64,000 nt of DNA. Origin: Squalus acanthias. Its lineage: Eukaryota. This document shows positions 50,636-64,000 of this stretch, piece after piece. The position numbers were made by a program, and so were the translations under genes. Under the pieces are notes generated by a model. That model saw nothing but the letters and a program-made list of their open reading frames with translations. It had not been told where the DNA came from and did not search any database. Within the stretch, counting starts at the first letter, position 1. Each line of letters starts with the position of its first letter. The stretch lies in NCBI GenBank assembly GCA_030390025.1, contig CM059425.1:174284001-174348000 (forward strand), read 5' to 3'.

Positions 50636-51269
50636 TAGAAAATCTCTTGCCCAGCTGAATTACTCCAAATTGTGCATAATGCTTTGCTGTACCTAAATCG
50701 TGTCTCTTAATTTAAATTTTGTATAAATATGAAGAGAATTTAATCAAACTAAATAAAAGGTCTTTGGATAAGATCACAGTTTTGAAACTTTTGTTTCCTA
50801 TCTATCCTTCCAACTTTTTTGGGGAGGAAATTCCTTTTATTAACACTTCTCAGATGTTGCATGCTAGAAGTGCAAACTAAGGAACTCCAAGGACAGGTGT
50901 TCAAAGGGAGGGAACGGTTCAGATAACGTACAATATGCATGCAGCACAGATCCAATCTTGTCTGTAGCTGGTTGGGTAACTACGCTGTTGCTTACAGGCT
51001 GGATGCATCAAAAGTTGAAACACAGGAGAGTGGGTGGTGTGTTATCCCAGGACCTCTATTCAAATCCAACCTAATCAATGAGTATCTCTTGGCTCTACGT
51101 GGAACAAATTTGGATAGCCTTAATATGGTTCTGTGACACTAAAGTTCCTGCACAGCAGACTGGTAAAGACCAATTCTTGATTAGTCAAAATCCCCCAATC
51201 AGTGCACAGTTTTCTAATCCTACAGGCCTGAGAAGTTTAAAGAACTGAAGCCACTGCATAAAGAATAAA

Positions 51270-51766
51270 CATGATGTGGAGATGCTGGTGTTGGACTGGG
51301 GTGGACAAATGTGAGAAGTCGCACAACACCAGGTTATAGTCCAACAGTTTTATTTGAAATCACAAGCTTTCGGAGCGCTGCTCCTTCGTCAGGTGAAGTG
51401 AAGAGATGCATATAGACACAGCATATATAGTCAGAGAACACAGCCAGATGATTACAGTTAATCTTTCCAACTGCCCTTTATCACACCTCGGCAGAGAGAT
51501 AATCACGGCAATCAAAGGTGTGGATGGTGTCCAAACAGGTCAGTCAGCAAAACATTACATCAAAGACAATGTGGCAGATGCTGGGGTCTGTATGGAAAAC
51601 AAATTTTTTTTGCTGGAAATCACAGCAGGTCCGGCCGCATCTGTGTAGAGAGAACAAGCCAACGACGACTCGAGTCTGGATGACTCTACGTCACGTGGGA
51701 TTACATGTAGCGTGACATGAACCCAAGATCCCGGTTGATGCCGTCCTCATGGGTGCGGAACTTGGC
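51270..51766 (-). mobile_element. Penelope-like element 3' fragment
   Basis: AKFRTHEDGINRDLGF at 51710-51766; same 3' UTR as 25983-26410. Confidence 0.88.
51360..51396 (-). ncRNA. Minimal type-I hammerhead ribozyme motif
   Basis: Reverse complement: TCAC-CTGACGA-A-GGAGC(agc)GCTCC-GAAA-GC-TT-GTGA; core intact. Confidence 0.82.
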
Positions 51767-51894
51767 AGATGCTTGGAAGGGGAAGGCTGCATCTTGGACA
51801 TTTTGGTGTAAGGAATGTCCCTCCAGCCTGGAGACCCTTCTTTGACATTATCAACTTTCATGCATCACCCCCCAACACCCCTGAAAAGAAGGGG

Positions 51895-52240
51895 AAATAA
51901 CTAATTTATACAGCACCCAAAATACTTCACAGCCAAAGAATTAAGTCTAATTACTGCTGTTATGTAAACAGCAAACAAGATGCACCCCATATATTTTTGG
52001 TGCTGTTGGTTTGAGAGAAATTATTGGTTAAGACAGTTAGGATCTTTTGCATTCACCTGAACAGACAGATGATGCCTTGGTTTAATGTCTTGTCCAAAAG
52101 ATGGCACCTCTGACAATGCAGCACTCTCAGTACTGCACTGAAGTGACAGCTTAGACAGATGCTCAAGTCTTTGAGTGGGGCTTGAACCCACAACCTACTG
52201 ACTCAGTTTGAAAGTGTTACGACTGAGCCAAGCTGACACT
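51895..52240 (-). mobile_element. Old Deu-core SINE
   Basis: Reverse-complement similarity to 56255-56655; tRNA-like GGGTTCAAGCCC B-box near 52180. Confidence 0.7.
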
Positions 52241-52479
52241 TGCCTTAGTGGTGGCACTCTTGGAAGATTGGAATATAGTTTGCAACCACTCCAAAAATTG
52301 TGACCCAACACAATACCCTGCTATTGAAGAATGTAATGCTATACCAGTATGTATAACTACGCCAGCAGACTTGCTGCATCAGTATTTCTGGCAAATGTGT
52401 AATTATGCAAGTTAAACTGGATAAGTTGGTGGTAAAACATGACAAACCCATGGCATTTAAGGTAGTCCCCACTTATTTA

Positions 52480-52979
52480 NNNNNNNNNNNNNNNNNNNNN
52501 NNNNNNNNNNNNNNNNNNNNNNNNNNNNNNNNNNNNNNNNNNNNNNNNNNNNNNNNNNNNNNNNNNNNNNNNNNNNNNNNNNNNNNNNNNNNNNNNNNNN
52601 NNNNNNNNNNNNNNNNNNNNNNNNNNNNNNNNNNNNNNNNNNNNNNNNNNNNNNNNNNNNNNNNNNNNNNNNNNNNNNNNNNNNNNNNNNNNNNNNNNNN
52701 NNNNNNNNNNNNNNNNNNNNNNNNNNNNNNNNNNNNNNNNNNNNNNNNNNNNNNNNNNNNNNNNNNNNNNNNNNNNNNNNNNNNNNNNNNNNNNNNNNNN
52801 NNNNNNNNNNNNNNNNNNNNNNNNNNNNNNNNNNNNNNNNNNNNNNNNNNNNNNNNNNNNNNNNNNNNNNNNNNNNNNNNNNNNNNNNNNNNNNNNNNNN
52901 NNNNNNNNNNNNNNNNNNNNNNNNNNNNNNNNNNNNNNNNNNNNNNNNNNNNNNNNNNNNNNNNNNNNNNNNNNNNNNN
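52480..52979. other. Assembly gap (500 N) flanked by a poly-C tract
   Basis: Run of N; C-rich low complexity at 52980-53080. Confidence 1.
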
Positions 52980-53017
<38 letters not shown>

Positions 53018-53658
53018 CTTCCTTCCCCCCCCCCCCCCCCCCCGCACCCCCAGTCCCTCCCTTCCTTCCCCCCCCCCTTCCTTCAGACATGAATGGATTA
53101 TACTACTGGTTGCATTGAAGAGGAGCTCGTGGATTTGTGGTCGCACCAGACTGGTCCTGTTAAATTATCAGGAAAGGTCTGTGTAGAAGAGATCCGTCTT
53201 ACAAATCGTTAATTTATTTTTCTCACTACTGATAAATGTGACTAAACTCAAAACCGCATACAAAATACATTACAGCAATAATCATAATTTTCAATCATAA
53301 GTTTACTAATCTAGCATATCATTGCTTTGCATGTGATTGTTCTCTATGGCAGCCAACAGTTCTAGAAATTACAAATAGTTCTCGTTAATCATTATGATTA
53401 TATATATCCTATAGAATCAAAAATGGGTTTGGCAACAGAAACTGATCACAATTCAGAATTGCAATGCACAGAAAATACTGACAACACTGATCAAGATACT
53501 TGTCTCCATTGCTCTGCATGAAGGAAAAAGAGTTGCATTGTATTCAGTGTCAATGGGCCTTAATCTTCTGTGGGTGGTGAGTTTTCCATCCCATTAGCAG
53601 CAGGTGCTAAATGGCCACTCCCATTGCACCAGTTCTTGCTATGAGGCAACAGGGATTA

Positions 53659-53752
53659 ACGAAAGGTCTTCGACCTGAAACGTTAACTCTGTTTCTCTCT
53701 CCACGGATGCTGCCTGGCCTGCTGAGTTTTTCCAGTGTTTTCTGTTGTTATT
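53659..53752 (+). mobile_element. 5'-truncated short PLE-type element (hammerhead core cut)
   Basis: ACGA-AAGGTC(ttc)GACCT-GAAA-CGTT-AACT plus family tail; flanked by an AGGGAT duplication. Confidence 0.75.
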
Positions 53753-53842
53753 AGGGATCAACACTATGCATTTCATTTAAATCTGGATTATATACGTAAT
53801 AATCGGCTTGCAATCCTCATTTCTCTCACTGTTTTAGTTCAA

Positions 53843-54135
53843 TTACATAGAATGTACAGCACAGAAACAGGCCAGTTAGCCCAACTGGTCTATGCTGGTG
53901 TTTAGGCCCCACATGAGCCTCCTCCCATCCCTCTTCACCTAACCTTCTATTCCTTTTCTCCCTCATGTTTGTCTAGCTTCCCCTTAAATGTATCTCTGTT
54001 ATTTGTCTCAACTACTTCTTCTGGTAACGAGTTCCACATTCTAATCACTCTCTGGGTAAAGAAATTTCTCCTGAATTCCCTATTGGATTTATTAGAGATT
54101 ATCTTATATTTATGGTCCCTAGTATTGGTCTCCAC
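53843..54135 (-). mobile_element. CR1 LINE 3' end
   Basis: RRNFFTQRVIRMWNSLP motif and 3' UTR. Confidence 0.85.
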
Positions 54136-55431
54136 CCCCCCCCACACACACAAATGGAAACATCAATGAAATGATGTTATAGCCATCTGTAGATAATAGT
54201 ATTTTTAAATAAAAACCTTGTTTACAACATGGCTCCTACCTGGTTCTGAAGTAACAATGGAGCCCTGGGCCAGATGTGTTTACTTGTTTTCACTGACAAA
54301 ACATTTTATCCAAAAAAAAAACTGATTTCCACTGGTGCTGAATTTAAATATTTAGATATATTTACTGCCAGTCAAAATAATATAGTTGGAGAAACTAATT
54401 TGCTGATTATAATGCGTAATGCCCACACCACAGTAGATCGGCTCCATTGACCTACATTCACTTTAACTTCTAGAAAATATATTTTACAGTTTCATGTAGT
54501 GTTCAAGTTGCACCCAATCTGCACATGATTTACAGAAGTACATCAAATACAAAGCCTTTAGTTGCTATCTGAACAAGGTGTTACCAGAAACTAAATTACT
54601 GATGATCGCCATCACCTAGCACTCAGCACTCATTTGTTCTACTTTTCTCTCGCCAGGAGATGGTTTGAAAAATCTATTCATTTCATTCGATTTTTATTTT
54701 GGTCACGTATAAAGTGTGATCTATTTATAGTCAGCCCACAAAAGAAGCATCTCACACAAATGGTATCATTTATTTATTGACACAACACTAGGGGATGGAA
54801 TGTAAAGCTTCTAAAGGAATTTTCATGGGAACAGTCTACTGGCTACACTAAACAAATAATACTATTAAGGTGTATTGAGACATTAAGTACTGCATGAGCT
54901 ATTCATTCGTAAGAGGAAACACAATTTTTACTTGCATATAATTGAGAGTAATGTAATGACAACACTGATGTAGAAAGCATTAAATGCAGTAGTTAAACAA
55001 TCCAGTATTACATAAATTTGTACGCTTTATATTTGTTCATGTGTATTGATGGTCAGTGTTTTATGAACATTTCAGTACATAAAGAAGTATAGAAAAGTCT
55101 TGTATACCTGGTTTTAGAAAATATATTTAAAAAAAAGAGGTACTTGGTCCCAAAGTCTCTTGTCGGTATAATTTAGTTTCCAGTTACTTAAGTCATTTGC
55201 ACTTAACACACTGAAAGAAGATCAAGCCTTAAAAAAAAGTTTGGGATGTATAAGTCTGGAGGGTTATTTGAGATCAGTATAAAAACATGGTCATAAACTC
55301 CAGAAATAGGATGTGTTATAATAACAGTTTCAAAACAGGTTTTCTCTCAGGGCAATGTTATTGTGGCATGTAGAATCATCCATACTTCACAGCATGCCCA
55401 ACGTTTTCTTCAGTTGATATTTTAAAGGTAA

Positions 55432-55560
55432 TCAGGTCTCGGTCTTTATCCGTGGTGTCTGTATAGTTCTAGAAGTTTTAACACTGTATTTTGAATCCCA
55501 GTCATCACTTGAAGTTTGTGTCTTTCCTTCTGTTGTACTGCCTTCAGATTTATTTCTCTT
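55432..55560 (-). CDS. Putative last coding exon of an unidentified gene (KRNKSEG...DDWDSKYSVKTSRTIQTPRIKTET*)
   Basis: Acceptor ...ttctgctataaacag; 43-codon frame ending TGA; AT-rich 3' UTR with AATAAA at 54769-54774 (minus). Confidence 0.5.
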   Translation of the reverse strand, partial: KRNKSEGSTTEGKTQTSSDDWDSKYSVKTSRTIQTPRIKTET

Positions 55561-56097
55561 CTGTTTATAGCAGAATTTAAAAAAAATATAGCCTTTTATT
55601 CATCTATTTATTAACATACAATTTTTATACCACTAAATAGAAAATTAGTAACTTTGTTTAGGAGTAAGATAATAGTTGTATTCATTTGATTTGTTAAATA
55701 AAAAGATTATGTACTACACCTTTAATAACCTTTACTTGACTTAAGTTCTACTTTCCATATCACGAATAAAAATTCGAAGTGGAAAAATGGAGGACTGGCT
55801 GCCATTTTAATAGTGTGTTTCATCATCTCATATGACTTCCTTATCCATTGTGTCCACTCTTATTAAATATTTTCTTGGCCAAATTTTGTAGCTGAAGGGG
55901 GAAACAACTGTGTGCAACTAAAAGCAAAAACATATTTTAGGAAAGATTTCCTCTTCACTGTATAATGAAGTCATAAACATGTTCTTCATACTTAAGTTTA
56001 AGATTTCTTTAGAAATAGTGAACCAAGTAAGTCTTCTCCTTTAAAATGTGTGGCTGTGTTTACAAACAGATATAAAGTGCTGAAATGCTAATCATAC

Positions 56098-56172
56098 GTT
56101 GTATAGATACTGATTCACATCGATTGATATCTGAGAAGCTATAGCCACAGGCAACGTGCACCATTGGAGTAT
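56098..56172 (-). CDS. Putative penultimate exon (75 nt; ILQWCTLPVAIASQISIDVNQYLYN)
   Basis: Acceptor ttattatttctccag and donor GTATGA; phase 0/0 joins in frame to 55432-55560. Confidence 0.5.
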
Positions 56173-56254
56173 CTGGAGAAATAATAAGGCAAGTAATCAA
56201 GAACAAAGTTTTGGATTTGCTTAATCGTGAACTTTTTTTATAGATCAACTCCAT

Positions 56255-56655
56255 TCAAGAGACTTGAACACACAATCTAGCCTGACAGTCCAGTGCTGTA
56301 GTGAGAGAGTGCTGCACTGTCGGAGGTACAGTCTTTCGGATGAGACGTTAAACCGAGACCCCATCTGGCCCCTCAGGTGGATGTAAATGATCCCATGGCA
56401 CTATTCAACGAAGAGCAGGGGAGTTCTCCCCGGTGTCCTGGTCAATATTTATCCCTCAATCAACATCACTAAAACAGATTATCTGGTCATTTATCTCCTT
56501 GCTGCTTGTGGGACCTTGCTCTGTGTAAATAGGCTGCTGAGTTTCCTACATTACAACAGTGAGTGACTACACTTCAAAAGTAATTAATTGGCTGTAAATC
56601 ACTTTTGGATGTCCTGAGGTTGTGAAAGGCACTATATAAATACAAGTTTTCTCTT
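56255..56655 (+). mobile_element. Deu-core SINE
   Basis: Deu core CGGAGGT...TCTTTCGGATGAGACGTTAAACCGAG; L2-like tail. Confidence 0.85.
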
Positions 56656-57009
56656 TCTTACTCCTAACTTTCTCATTTTTAACTTGTATCCCTTGTATTG
56701 GATACTGGTATTGTATTGAATAAATACCTGAAGGGAGAAAAATTGCAGGGCTATAGGGAAAGAGTACGGAAGTGTAACTAATTGGATAGCTCTTTCACAG
56801 ACACAGCACAGGCACTATGGGGCCGAAAGGCCGCCTCCTATGCTATATGAGTCTATGATTTTTAACTAGTATCCCTTCATTTTGACCCTTTACCAATAAA
56901 CAATATGCTTGGAATAATTGTGCCAATACCCATCATAGTACTGAAAACATAATTTAGATGACTTTTCAGTATCCTCTCTGCCAAAGGAATTCGGTCAACT
57001 TTTTTTTAA

Positions 57010-57225
57010 CCTGGAAGCTCTGGAATTCCCCCCCCTAAACCCCTCTGCCTCTCTACCTCTTCTTCCTCCTTTAAGATGCTCCTTAAAACCTACCTCTTAG
57101 ACCAAGCCCTGTCCTAATATCTCCTTATGTGGCTCGGTGTCAAATTTTATTTGATAACACTCCTGTGAAGTGCCTTGGGACATTTTACTACATTAAAACT
57201 GCTATATAAATGCAAGTTGTTATTA
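57010..57225 (+). mobile_element. L2 3' UTR fragment
   Basis: Homologous to 31475-31695. Confidence 0.8.
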
Positions 57226-57725
57226 ACTGCTTACTGGGAGGTTAGTGGGCCTTGCATCATTGTGTGGATATATTCAAGGCCACTAATTTGTGATTTTCAT
57301 TGGAAAATAGATGGATCCACAGAATACAATCCCCAAGCTACTAGCAAAATTCCCAGAAAATTCTGTAATTACACAATAAAAACAAAATTTAACTTTTTCA
57401 GTCACCATCCTGGATATATTGTGCTGATTTGAGGCAAATAGGTTATGTTACCATATTGGGAGTCTACTATAAACCACCAAATCGTAGAAAAAATTACAAA
57501 GATGGAAATTCAAGGCAATTTAGAGATGTTTCCAGTTTTACCAGAGTTGTAATTATGGGAATTTTAGTTATCTAAAGTAGACTGGAATAAAACAAAAGTG
57601 GGAGAAGTTGATCAAACTGTACAAACAGCAAATGAGCTATGTTTTATAAATACGGGATGGTGTACAAAGTGAAGAGGTAATGTTAAACCTATACAAATCA
57701 TTGGTTATGCTGCAGTTAGAATATT

Positions 57726-58467
57726 GAAGTAGAACTTCTGCTAGGTTGCTCTGGTACCAGCGCAATGCGCCTGAAATCGGCCAAACCAGCGAAAAGATCA
57801 ATGGAATTTTAAGCGCAAGTTACGTCCAGCGCAAATCAAGTGTTTGCGATCTTTTACGCTGGTTTAAAACATCGTGCTGGAATCCAGCCCCATCCATAAA
57901 ACTGGCCACGCCCCCAGATCGAAATAATGAGCATAGCGGGTTTCCGCCAATTGTGCCCTTCGAGGAGGCTCTTTAAATTAAGCTGTTATTTTTAGGTGCA
58001 AAGACACTAGTTAGTCACCTTTTTAAAAGTTTCTAAATATTAAAAAATATTTAATTTACTAAGAAATTGACTGGTGTACACCAATGAAACTGGTAAATGG
58101 TTCTACAGCGATTTTAAAGTCTTTTTCAGTAATTTAAAATCAGGTTACTCACAGGTGGTGGACTAGATACTCTTAAAAATGCTTATTTTGTGATAAACCC
58201 ATTTTCAGCTGTATTAATAAAACTGCAGCAGGTTACCACTCTTAAATATATCAAGGAATATTTTGTTAATGCAAGGGGAAAAAATAAACAATTACATTTT
58301 AAAACGCTGCCTGATTGCGCTGGTTCATGGAAGATTTTATGTTTGTGATGATGTAAATGAGTTTGAGCGGAAACTTGAACCATAACTTCACTTCGGAAAA
58401 CCAGTGCAATTCCGAGCGCAATTTGCGCCCAGATTGCCGATTGCATCCAAAGTGGAAACCCTACCCC
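57726..58467. mobile_element. Degenerate Harbinger-type MITE inside an ancient CR1 (about 57430-58960)
   Basis: GCGC-rich ends; decayed TIR; ATT/ACT flanks; the CR1 LEYCV-like motif is split around it. Confidence 0.55.
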
Positions 58468-59070
58468 ACTGTCCTTAGTTTTGGCTGCCTTACTTTTGGA
58501 AGGATGTCAATGCTATGGATAGGGTGCAGAAGAGATTCACTAAGACGATACCAGTGATATGAGATACCAGTGATGAGAGTATTTAGTTATAAAAAGAGGC
58601 TAAAGAAACTAGTGCTATTCATTAGAACAAAAAAGGTTAAGAGGAAATCCGATACAGGCAGTTAAAATGATGAGGTGTTTTGATATAAATTTGGAAAAAC
58701 TATTTCTACTGTCCAGTGAGTTGATAACTAGATGGCATAAATTCAAGATCATAACCATGCATGAAATAGCCTATCAGAAACAATGTTGGAAGCAGAATCT
58801 AGAATAGCTTTTAAAAAGGAAGTAGATAAATATTTGAAAAACAAAAATTCAAGAGTATGGGGAAACGACTGGGAATGGAATTGAATGGATAGGTCTTTCA
58901 GAGAGCCAACACGGGCGATAAGCCAAAAGAGCTCCTTCTGTGCTGCAAAATTCATGATTCTGCTAAGGGTACTCTGATATCCTGATTTTAACTGTGATGG
59001 ATAGCAATGATATTGCAAGGGCTGGCAAATAGGACTTTAAATTGGTCCTGAAATGCCCGCTGGAGCTCAC

Positions 59071-59179
59071 CAACTCCAGAGCGGCACACAGTCCTGCTTG
59101 GAACAAAACTTCTTGGTCTTCACTCGTGTAGTCTGAGTCATTGAACTCATTGTATTTGTATTCTCCCCAGATGACAAAG
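59071..59179 (-). CDS. Possible upstream exon of the same gene (…EVLFQAGLCAALEL)
   Basis: Acceptor tgctttaacag and donor TG|GTGAGC; ends in phase 0, compatible with 56172. Confidence 0.3.
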
Positions 59180-60309
59180 CTGTTAAAGCATATCAACCAT
59201 GGTTTCAGTAATTCAAAGCCCTCTCCATGTTCTGAGTAGGTTCTTCCCTTTTTTGTGACCAGAGGGAAGCACAGTGACCAAAACTCTTTCCACAATCAAG
59301 AATAAAAATGCCCATCTGCTGTCTGGAAAATGCATTAGGCTCCAATGCAGCTAAGCCTGAAGTGCCTGCTGCCTCACTGAAGTTTGAAATTTTTATCACC
59401 CTATGTTTTGCTATACCTTGAATGTTTTTAAAACAAAACAGAAAATGTCTCTGCTGTTTTCTTGCAATATAGTTATTAGAAGTGTTTTAGTACAAAAAGC
59501 AGCCTCGAGGAAACCCTTTCCGCAGCACTCAAAGACAATTGTAACATCTTGCTAGAAACACGACATAATTTGAAAGTATCTGGAAATCAGCCATTCTAAA
59601 TTAGATTTGGGTCTTTTCCATTTTGACTCTATTTGCTCCAAGTACTAATGCGGTATGCTAGATATTAAAACTTAATTATATAATGTAACTAATACTTTGG
59701 CCCAGATAATTATGGGCCTAATTTTCCTTTCCAATTACTACTGAATGAAAAACTGTTTCAGTGGTAATGAAGGAATCTTATTACCGTCAGTTTTACACTG
59801 TGGAAATCTATTAGAGCAGTGAAGCAAAACACAAAACTTAGCTATTTACTGGTGGTAGAACCCATGAACTTTAGTCACCCAATTTCTGATATTTTAAAGC
59901 CATACTATTTTCATTGTATATGTCAAATTCAAACCAGTTTTACTTGCAGCTTTTTGCAAAATGTCTTTTTTTGCATTCATAGCTGTCACTGTTGTCCTTT
60001 GAGGAGGATCAAGGAAAATAGATGTCAAAACAAAGGAAGAGCATTTTAAGGAAAATGCCATATTCACATGAAAATCTATACAGATGACAGAATTATTTTT
60101 CTTTATAAGGAGCAATTGTTAAGATGCTTTGGGCCAACTGGGGTTTAAATTACAGATGTGCCAAATGCCAGTACCAGAATTGAAAGGTATCTCACTAATT
60201 CTGCCCCTCAGCCTGCGGTTGTAAAGACTACAGCAACATTTTTTGCTACTAGTGTTTTCCAGGCACCTGGAGATTACAGTAGTATAGTCCCCACCGCTTA
60301 TAGTGGGCG

Positions 60310-61255
60310 CATTGAAATCACAGCGTCAGTTTCCACATGTACGCTGACGACACCCAGCTCTACCTCACCACCACTTCTCTCGACCCCTCCACTGTCTCTA
60401 AATTGTCAGACTGCTTGTCCGACATCCAGTACTGGATGAACAGAAATTTCCTTAAATATTGGGAAGACCGAAGCCATTGTCTTCGGACCCCGCCACAAAC
60501 TCCATTCCCTAGCCACCGACTCCATCCCTCTCCCTAACATCTGTCTGAGGCTGAATCAGACTGTTTGCAACCTTGGCGTCCTATTTGAGCTGAAATGAGC
60601 GTCCAACCACATATCCGCGCCACAACTAAGACCACCTATTTCCACCTCCATAATCTCGCCTGTCTCCGCCCTTGCCTCAGCTCATCTGCTGCTGAAACCC
60701 TCATCCATGCCTTGGTTACCTCTAGACTTGACTATTCCAACGCACTCCTGGCTGGCCTCCCACATTATACAATACGTAAACTTGAACTCCTCCAAAACTT
60801 GGCTGCCCATGTCCTAATTCGCACCAAGTTTCATTCACCCATCACCCCTGTGCTCACTGACCTACACTGGCTCCCAGTTAAGCAATGCCTCGATTTTAAA
60901 ATTCTCATCCTTGTTTTCAAATCCCTCCGTGGCCTCGCCCCTCCCTATCTCTGTAATCTCCTCCAGCCCCACAACCCCCGAGATATCTGCGCTGCTCTAA
61001 TTCTGGCCTCTTGCGCATCCCTGATTTTAACTGCTCAACCATTGGTGACCAAGGCCCTAAGCTCTGGAATTCCCTCCCTAACCCTCTCTACCTCTCTTTC
61101 CTCCTTTAAGACTCTCCTTAAAACCTACCTATTTGACCAAGCTTTTAGTCATCTGCCCTAATATCTCCTTGTGGCTCGGTGTCAAATTTTGTTTGATAAC
61201 ACTCCTCATTTTACTACTTTAAAGGTGCTATATAAATACAAGTTGTTGTAGTTGT
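60310..61255 (+). mobile_element. L2 LINE RT 3' part and tail
   Basis: MYADDTQLY and SRLDYSN motifs; AAGTTGTTG tail. Confidence 0.92.
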
Positions 61256-61564
61256 AAATTGGTAAGTACTTATTGAACTGTCCGAAATAGTCAGCAAACA
61301 ATATGTTATAAGCAGTGCCTTTGTAGTTGACTCTTATGGTAGTGGCAAATAGTTGCCTGATTTCATAGAATCATAGGATATCGTGCCTGTGTCTACTCTT
61401 TGAAAGAGCTATCCAATTAGTCCCACTCCCCTGTTCTTTCCCCATAGTCCTGCATATAAAGAAAGAATTGCATTTATATATCGGCTTTCACGACCGCCGG
61501 AAGTCCCAAATAGCCAATCAAGTACTTTTGCAGTGTCGTCACTTTTCTTTTTAATATTAGTGAT

Positions 61565-62350
61565 ATATTTCTAAGTCAGGATGGTGTGTGACTTAGAGGG
61601 GACTTAGAGGTGGTGATGTTCCCATGCACCTGCTAGGTGGTAGAGGTCGCAGGTTTGGGAGGTGCTGTCGAAGAAGCCTTGGCGAGTTGCTGCAGTGCAT
61701 CTTGTAGACGGTGATGGAGGGAGTGAATGTTTAAGGTGGTGGATGGGGGTGCCAATCAAGTGGGCTGCTTTGTCCTGGATGCTGTCGAGCCTCTTGAGTA
61801 TTGTTGGAGCTGCACTCATCCAGGCAAGTGGGAGAGTATTCCATCGCACTCCTGACTTGTGCCTTGTAGATGGTGAAAAGGCTTTGGGGAGTTAGGAGGT
61901 GAGTCACTTGCCGCAGAATACCCAGCCTCTGACCTGCTCTTGTAGCCCCAGTATTTATGTGGCTGGTCCAGTTAAGTTTCTGGTTGATGGTAGGGGATTA
62001 GACGATGGTAATGCCGTTGAATGTCATGGGGAGGTGATTAGACTCTTTCTTGTTGGAGATAGTCATTGCCTGGCACTTGTGTGGTGCGAATGTTACCTGC
62101 TACTTAGCAGCCCAAGCCTGAATGTTGTCCTGGTCTTGCTGCATGCAGGCACGGACTGCTTCATTATCTGAGTTGCGAATGGAACTGAACACTGTACAGT
62201 CATTAGCGAACATCCCCACTTCTGACCTTATGATGGAAGAAAGGTCATTGATGAAGCAGCTGAAGATGGTTGGGACTAGACCACTGCCCTGAGGAACTCC
62301 TGCAGTGATGTCCTGGGGCTGAGATGATTGGCCTCCAACAACCACAACCA
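61565..62350 (-). mobile_element. Fragment of the tRNA-headed LINE family (RT 3' part)
   Basis: GVPQGS, FAND; homologous to 7365-7655 and 7860-8090. Confidence 0.85.
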
Positions 62351-62494
62351 ATGTTCCCTGTAATTTTTTTTTGGGTGCGTGGGCCCTTTAACTCTTTATT
62401 AACTCTTAATTCTTTTCAACACACACAAGGGATAATTTTACAAGTTTGTGCTCGCAGTGTGGAGCCTTTCCCACCAGGAATATGCCTCCCCAAT

Positions 62495-64000
62495 AGAATC
62501 AGAAATTTATGGCACAGAAGGAGGCCAATTGGCGCATCGTGTCTGTGCTGGCCAAAAAAGAGCTATCCAGCCTAATCCCACTTTCCAGCTCTTGGTCTGT
62601 AGCCTTGTAGGTTACAGCACTTGAAGTGCATATCCAAGTACTTTTTAAATGTGATGAGGGTTTCTGCCTCTACCACCCTTTCAGACAGCGAGTTCCAGAC
62701 CCCCACCGCCCTCTGGGTGAAAAAAGTTCTCAACTCCCCTCTAATCCCTCTACAAATTACTTTAAATCTATGCCCCCTGGTTATTGACCCTTATGGGAAA
62801 TAGGTCCTTCCTATCTACTCCATCTAGACCCCTCATAATTTTATACACCTCAATTAAATCTCCCCTCAGCCTCCTCTGTTCCAAAGAAAACAACCCCAGC
62901 CTATCCAATCTTTCCTCATAGCTAAAATTCTTCAGTCCTGGCAACATCCTTGTAAATCTCCTCTGTACCCTCTCTAGTGCAATCACATCTTTCCTGTAAT
63001 GTGGTGACCATAACTGCACGCAGTACTCTAGCTGTGGCCTAACTAGTGTTTTATACAGTTCAAGCATAACCTCCCTGCTCTTACACAAAAAGTTAGCATG
63101 CAGGTACAGCAAGTAATCAAAAAGGCAAATGGAATGTTGGCCTTTATTTCAAAGGGGTTGGAGTATAAAAGCAGGGAAGTCCTGCTACAACTGTACAGGG
63201 TATTGGTGAGACCACACCTTGAGTACTGCGTACAGTTTTGGTCTCATTTAAGGAAGGATATACTTGCATTGGAGGCAGTTCAGAGACGATTCACTCGGTT
63301 AATTCCAGAGATGAGGGGGTTGACTTATGAGGAAAGGTTGAGCAGGTTGGGCCTATACTCATTGGAATTTAGAAGAATGAGAGGTGATCTTATTGAAACA
63401 TATAAGATACTGAGGGGGCACGACAAGGTAGCTGCAGAGAGGATGTTTCCCCTCGTGGGGAAATCTAGAATGCGGGGGCATAGTTTTAGAATAAAGGGTC
63501 GCCCTTTTAGAACTGAGATGAGGAGGAATTTCTTCTCTGAGGGTCGTAAATCTGTGGAATTCTCTGCCCCAGAGAGCTGTGGAGGCTGGGTCATTAAATA
63601 CATTTATGGTGGAGCTAGACAAATTTTTGCAAGATAAGGGTGTGAAGGGTTATGGGCAACGGGCAGGGAAGTGGCTTTGAGCCCAAGATCAGCCATGATC
63701 TTATTGAATGGCGGAGCAGGCTCGAGGGGCCAAGTGGCCTATTCCTGCTCCTATTTCTTATGTTCTTATATTCTATGCCTCGGCTAAAAAAGAAAATATC
63801 CTGTATGCCTTCTTAACCAACTTATCTACCTGTCCTGCTACCTTCAGGGATCTGTGGACATGTACTCCAAGGTCCCTCTGTTCCTCTACACTTCTCAGTA
63901 TCCTACCATTTATTGTGTATTCCCTTGCCTTGTTATCCCTCCATTTGCACTTTTCTGCCCACCTGAAAAGTCTACAGCTTTCTTCGTCACTATCAACCAC
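62495..64000 (-). mobile_element. CR1 LINE 3' part, interrupted by an opposite-strand CR1
   Basis: RPQLEYCVQ and RDLGVHVH; the host sequence resumes at about 63769. Confidence 0.9.
63084..63768 (+). mobile_element. 5'-truncated young CR1 3' end
   Basis: ORF 63098-63637; near-identical to the reverse complement of 9401-10090. Confidence 0.92.

Noticed and set aside
52405..53146. Long ORFs with poly-X and poly-Pro/Gly
   Set aside because: Artefacts of the N gap and adjacent poly-C run.

Overview
Repeat-dense vertebrate genomic DNA, most likely from a cartilaginous fish (shark); this is inferred from the repeat families, not from a database match. Most of the window is nested transposable elements. 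These are CR1, L2 and RTE LINE fragments, a LINE with a tRNA-like 5' head, Deu-core SINEs, Penelope-like elements (PLEs; one with a long open RT + GIY-YIG frame at 26407-27995), two decayed PIF/Harbinger transposase remnants, and about eight Harbinger-type MITEs with GGG-starting TIRs, 3-bp TSDs and dense internal palindromes. The main unannotated signal is a set of minimal type-I hammerhead ribozyme motifs in two families: the 3' ends of the PLEs, and a short non-coding PLE-like element. Host features are a CpG island at about 45.8-46.6 kb that looks like a bidirectional promoter (a spliced minus-strand gene with small exons, and a probably non-coding plus-strand transcript), plus the last exons of an unidentified minus-strand gene at about 54.8-59.2 kb. 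A 500-N assembly gap lies at 52480-52979. Exon models were made by eye and are tentative.
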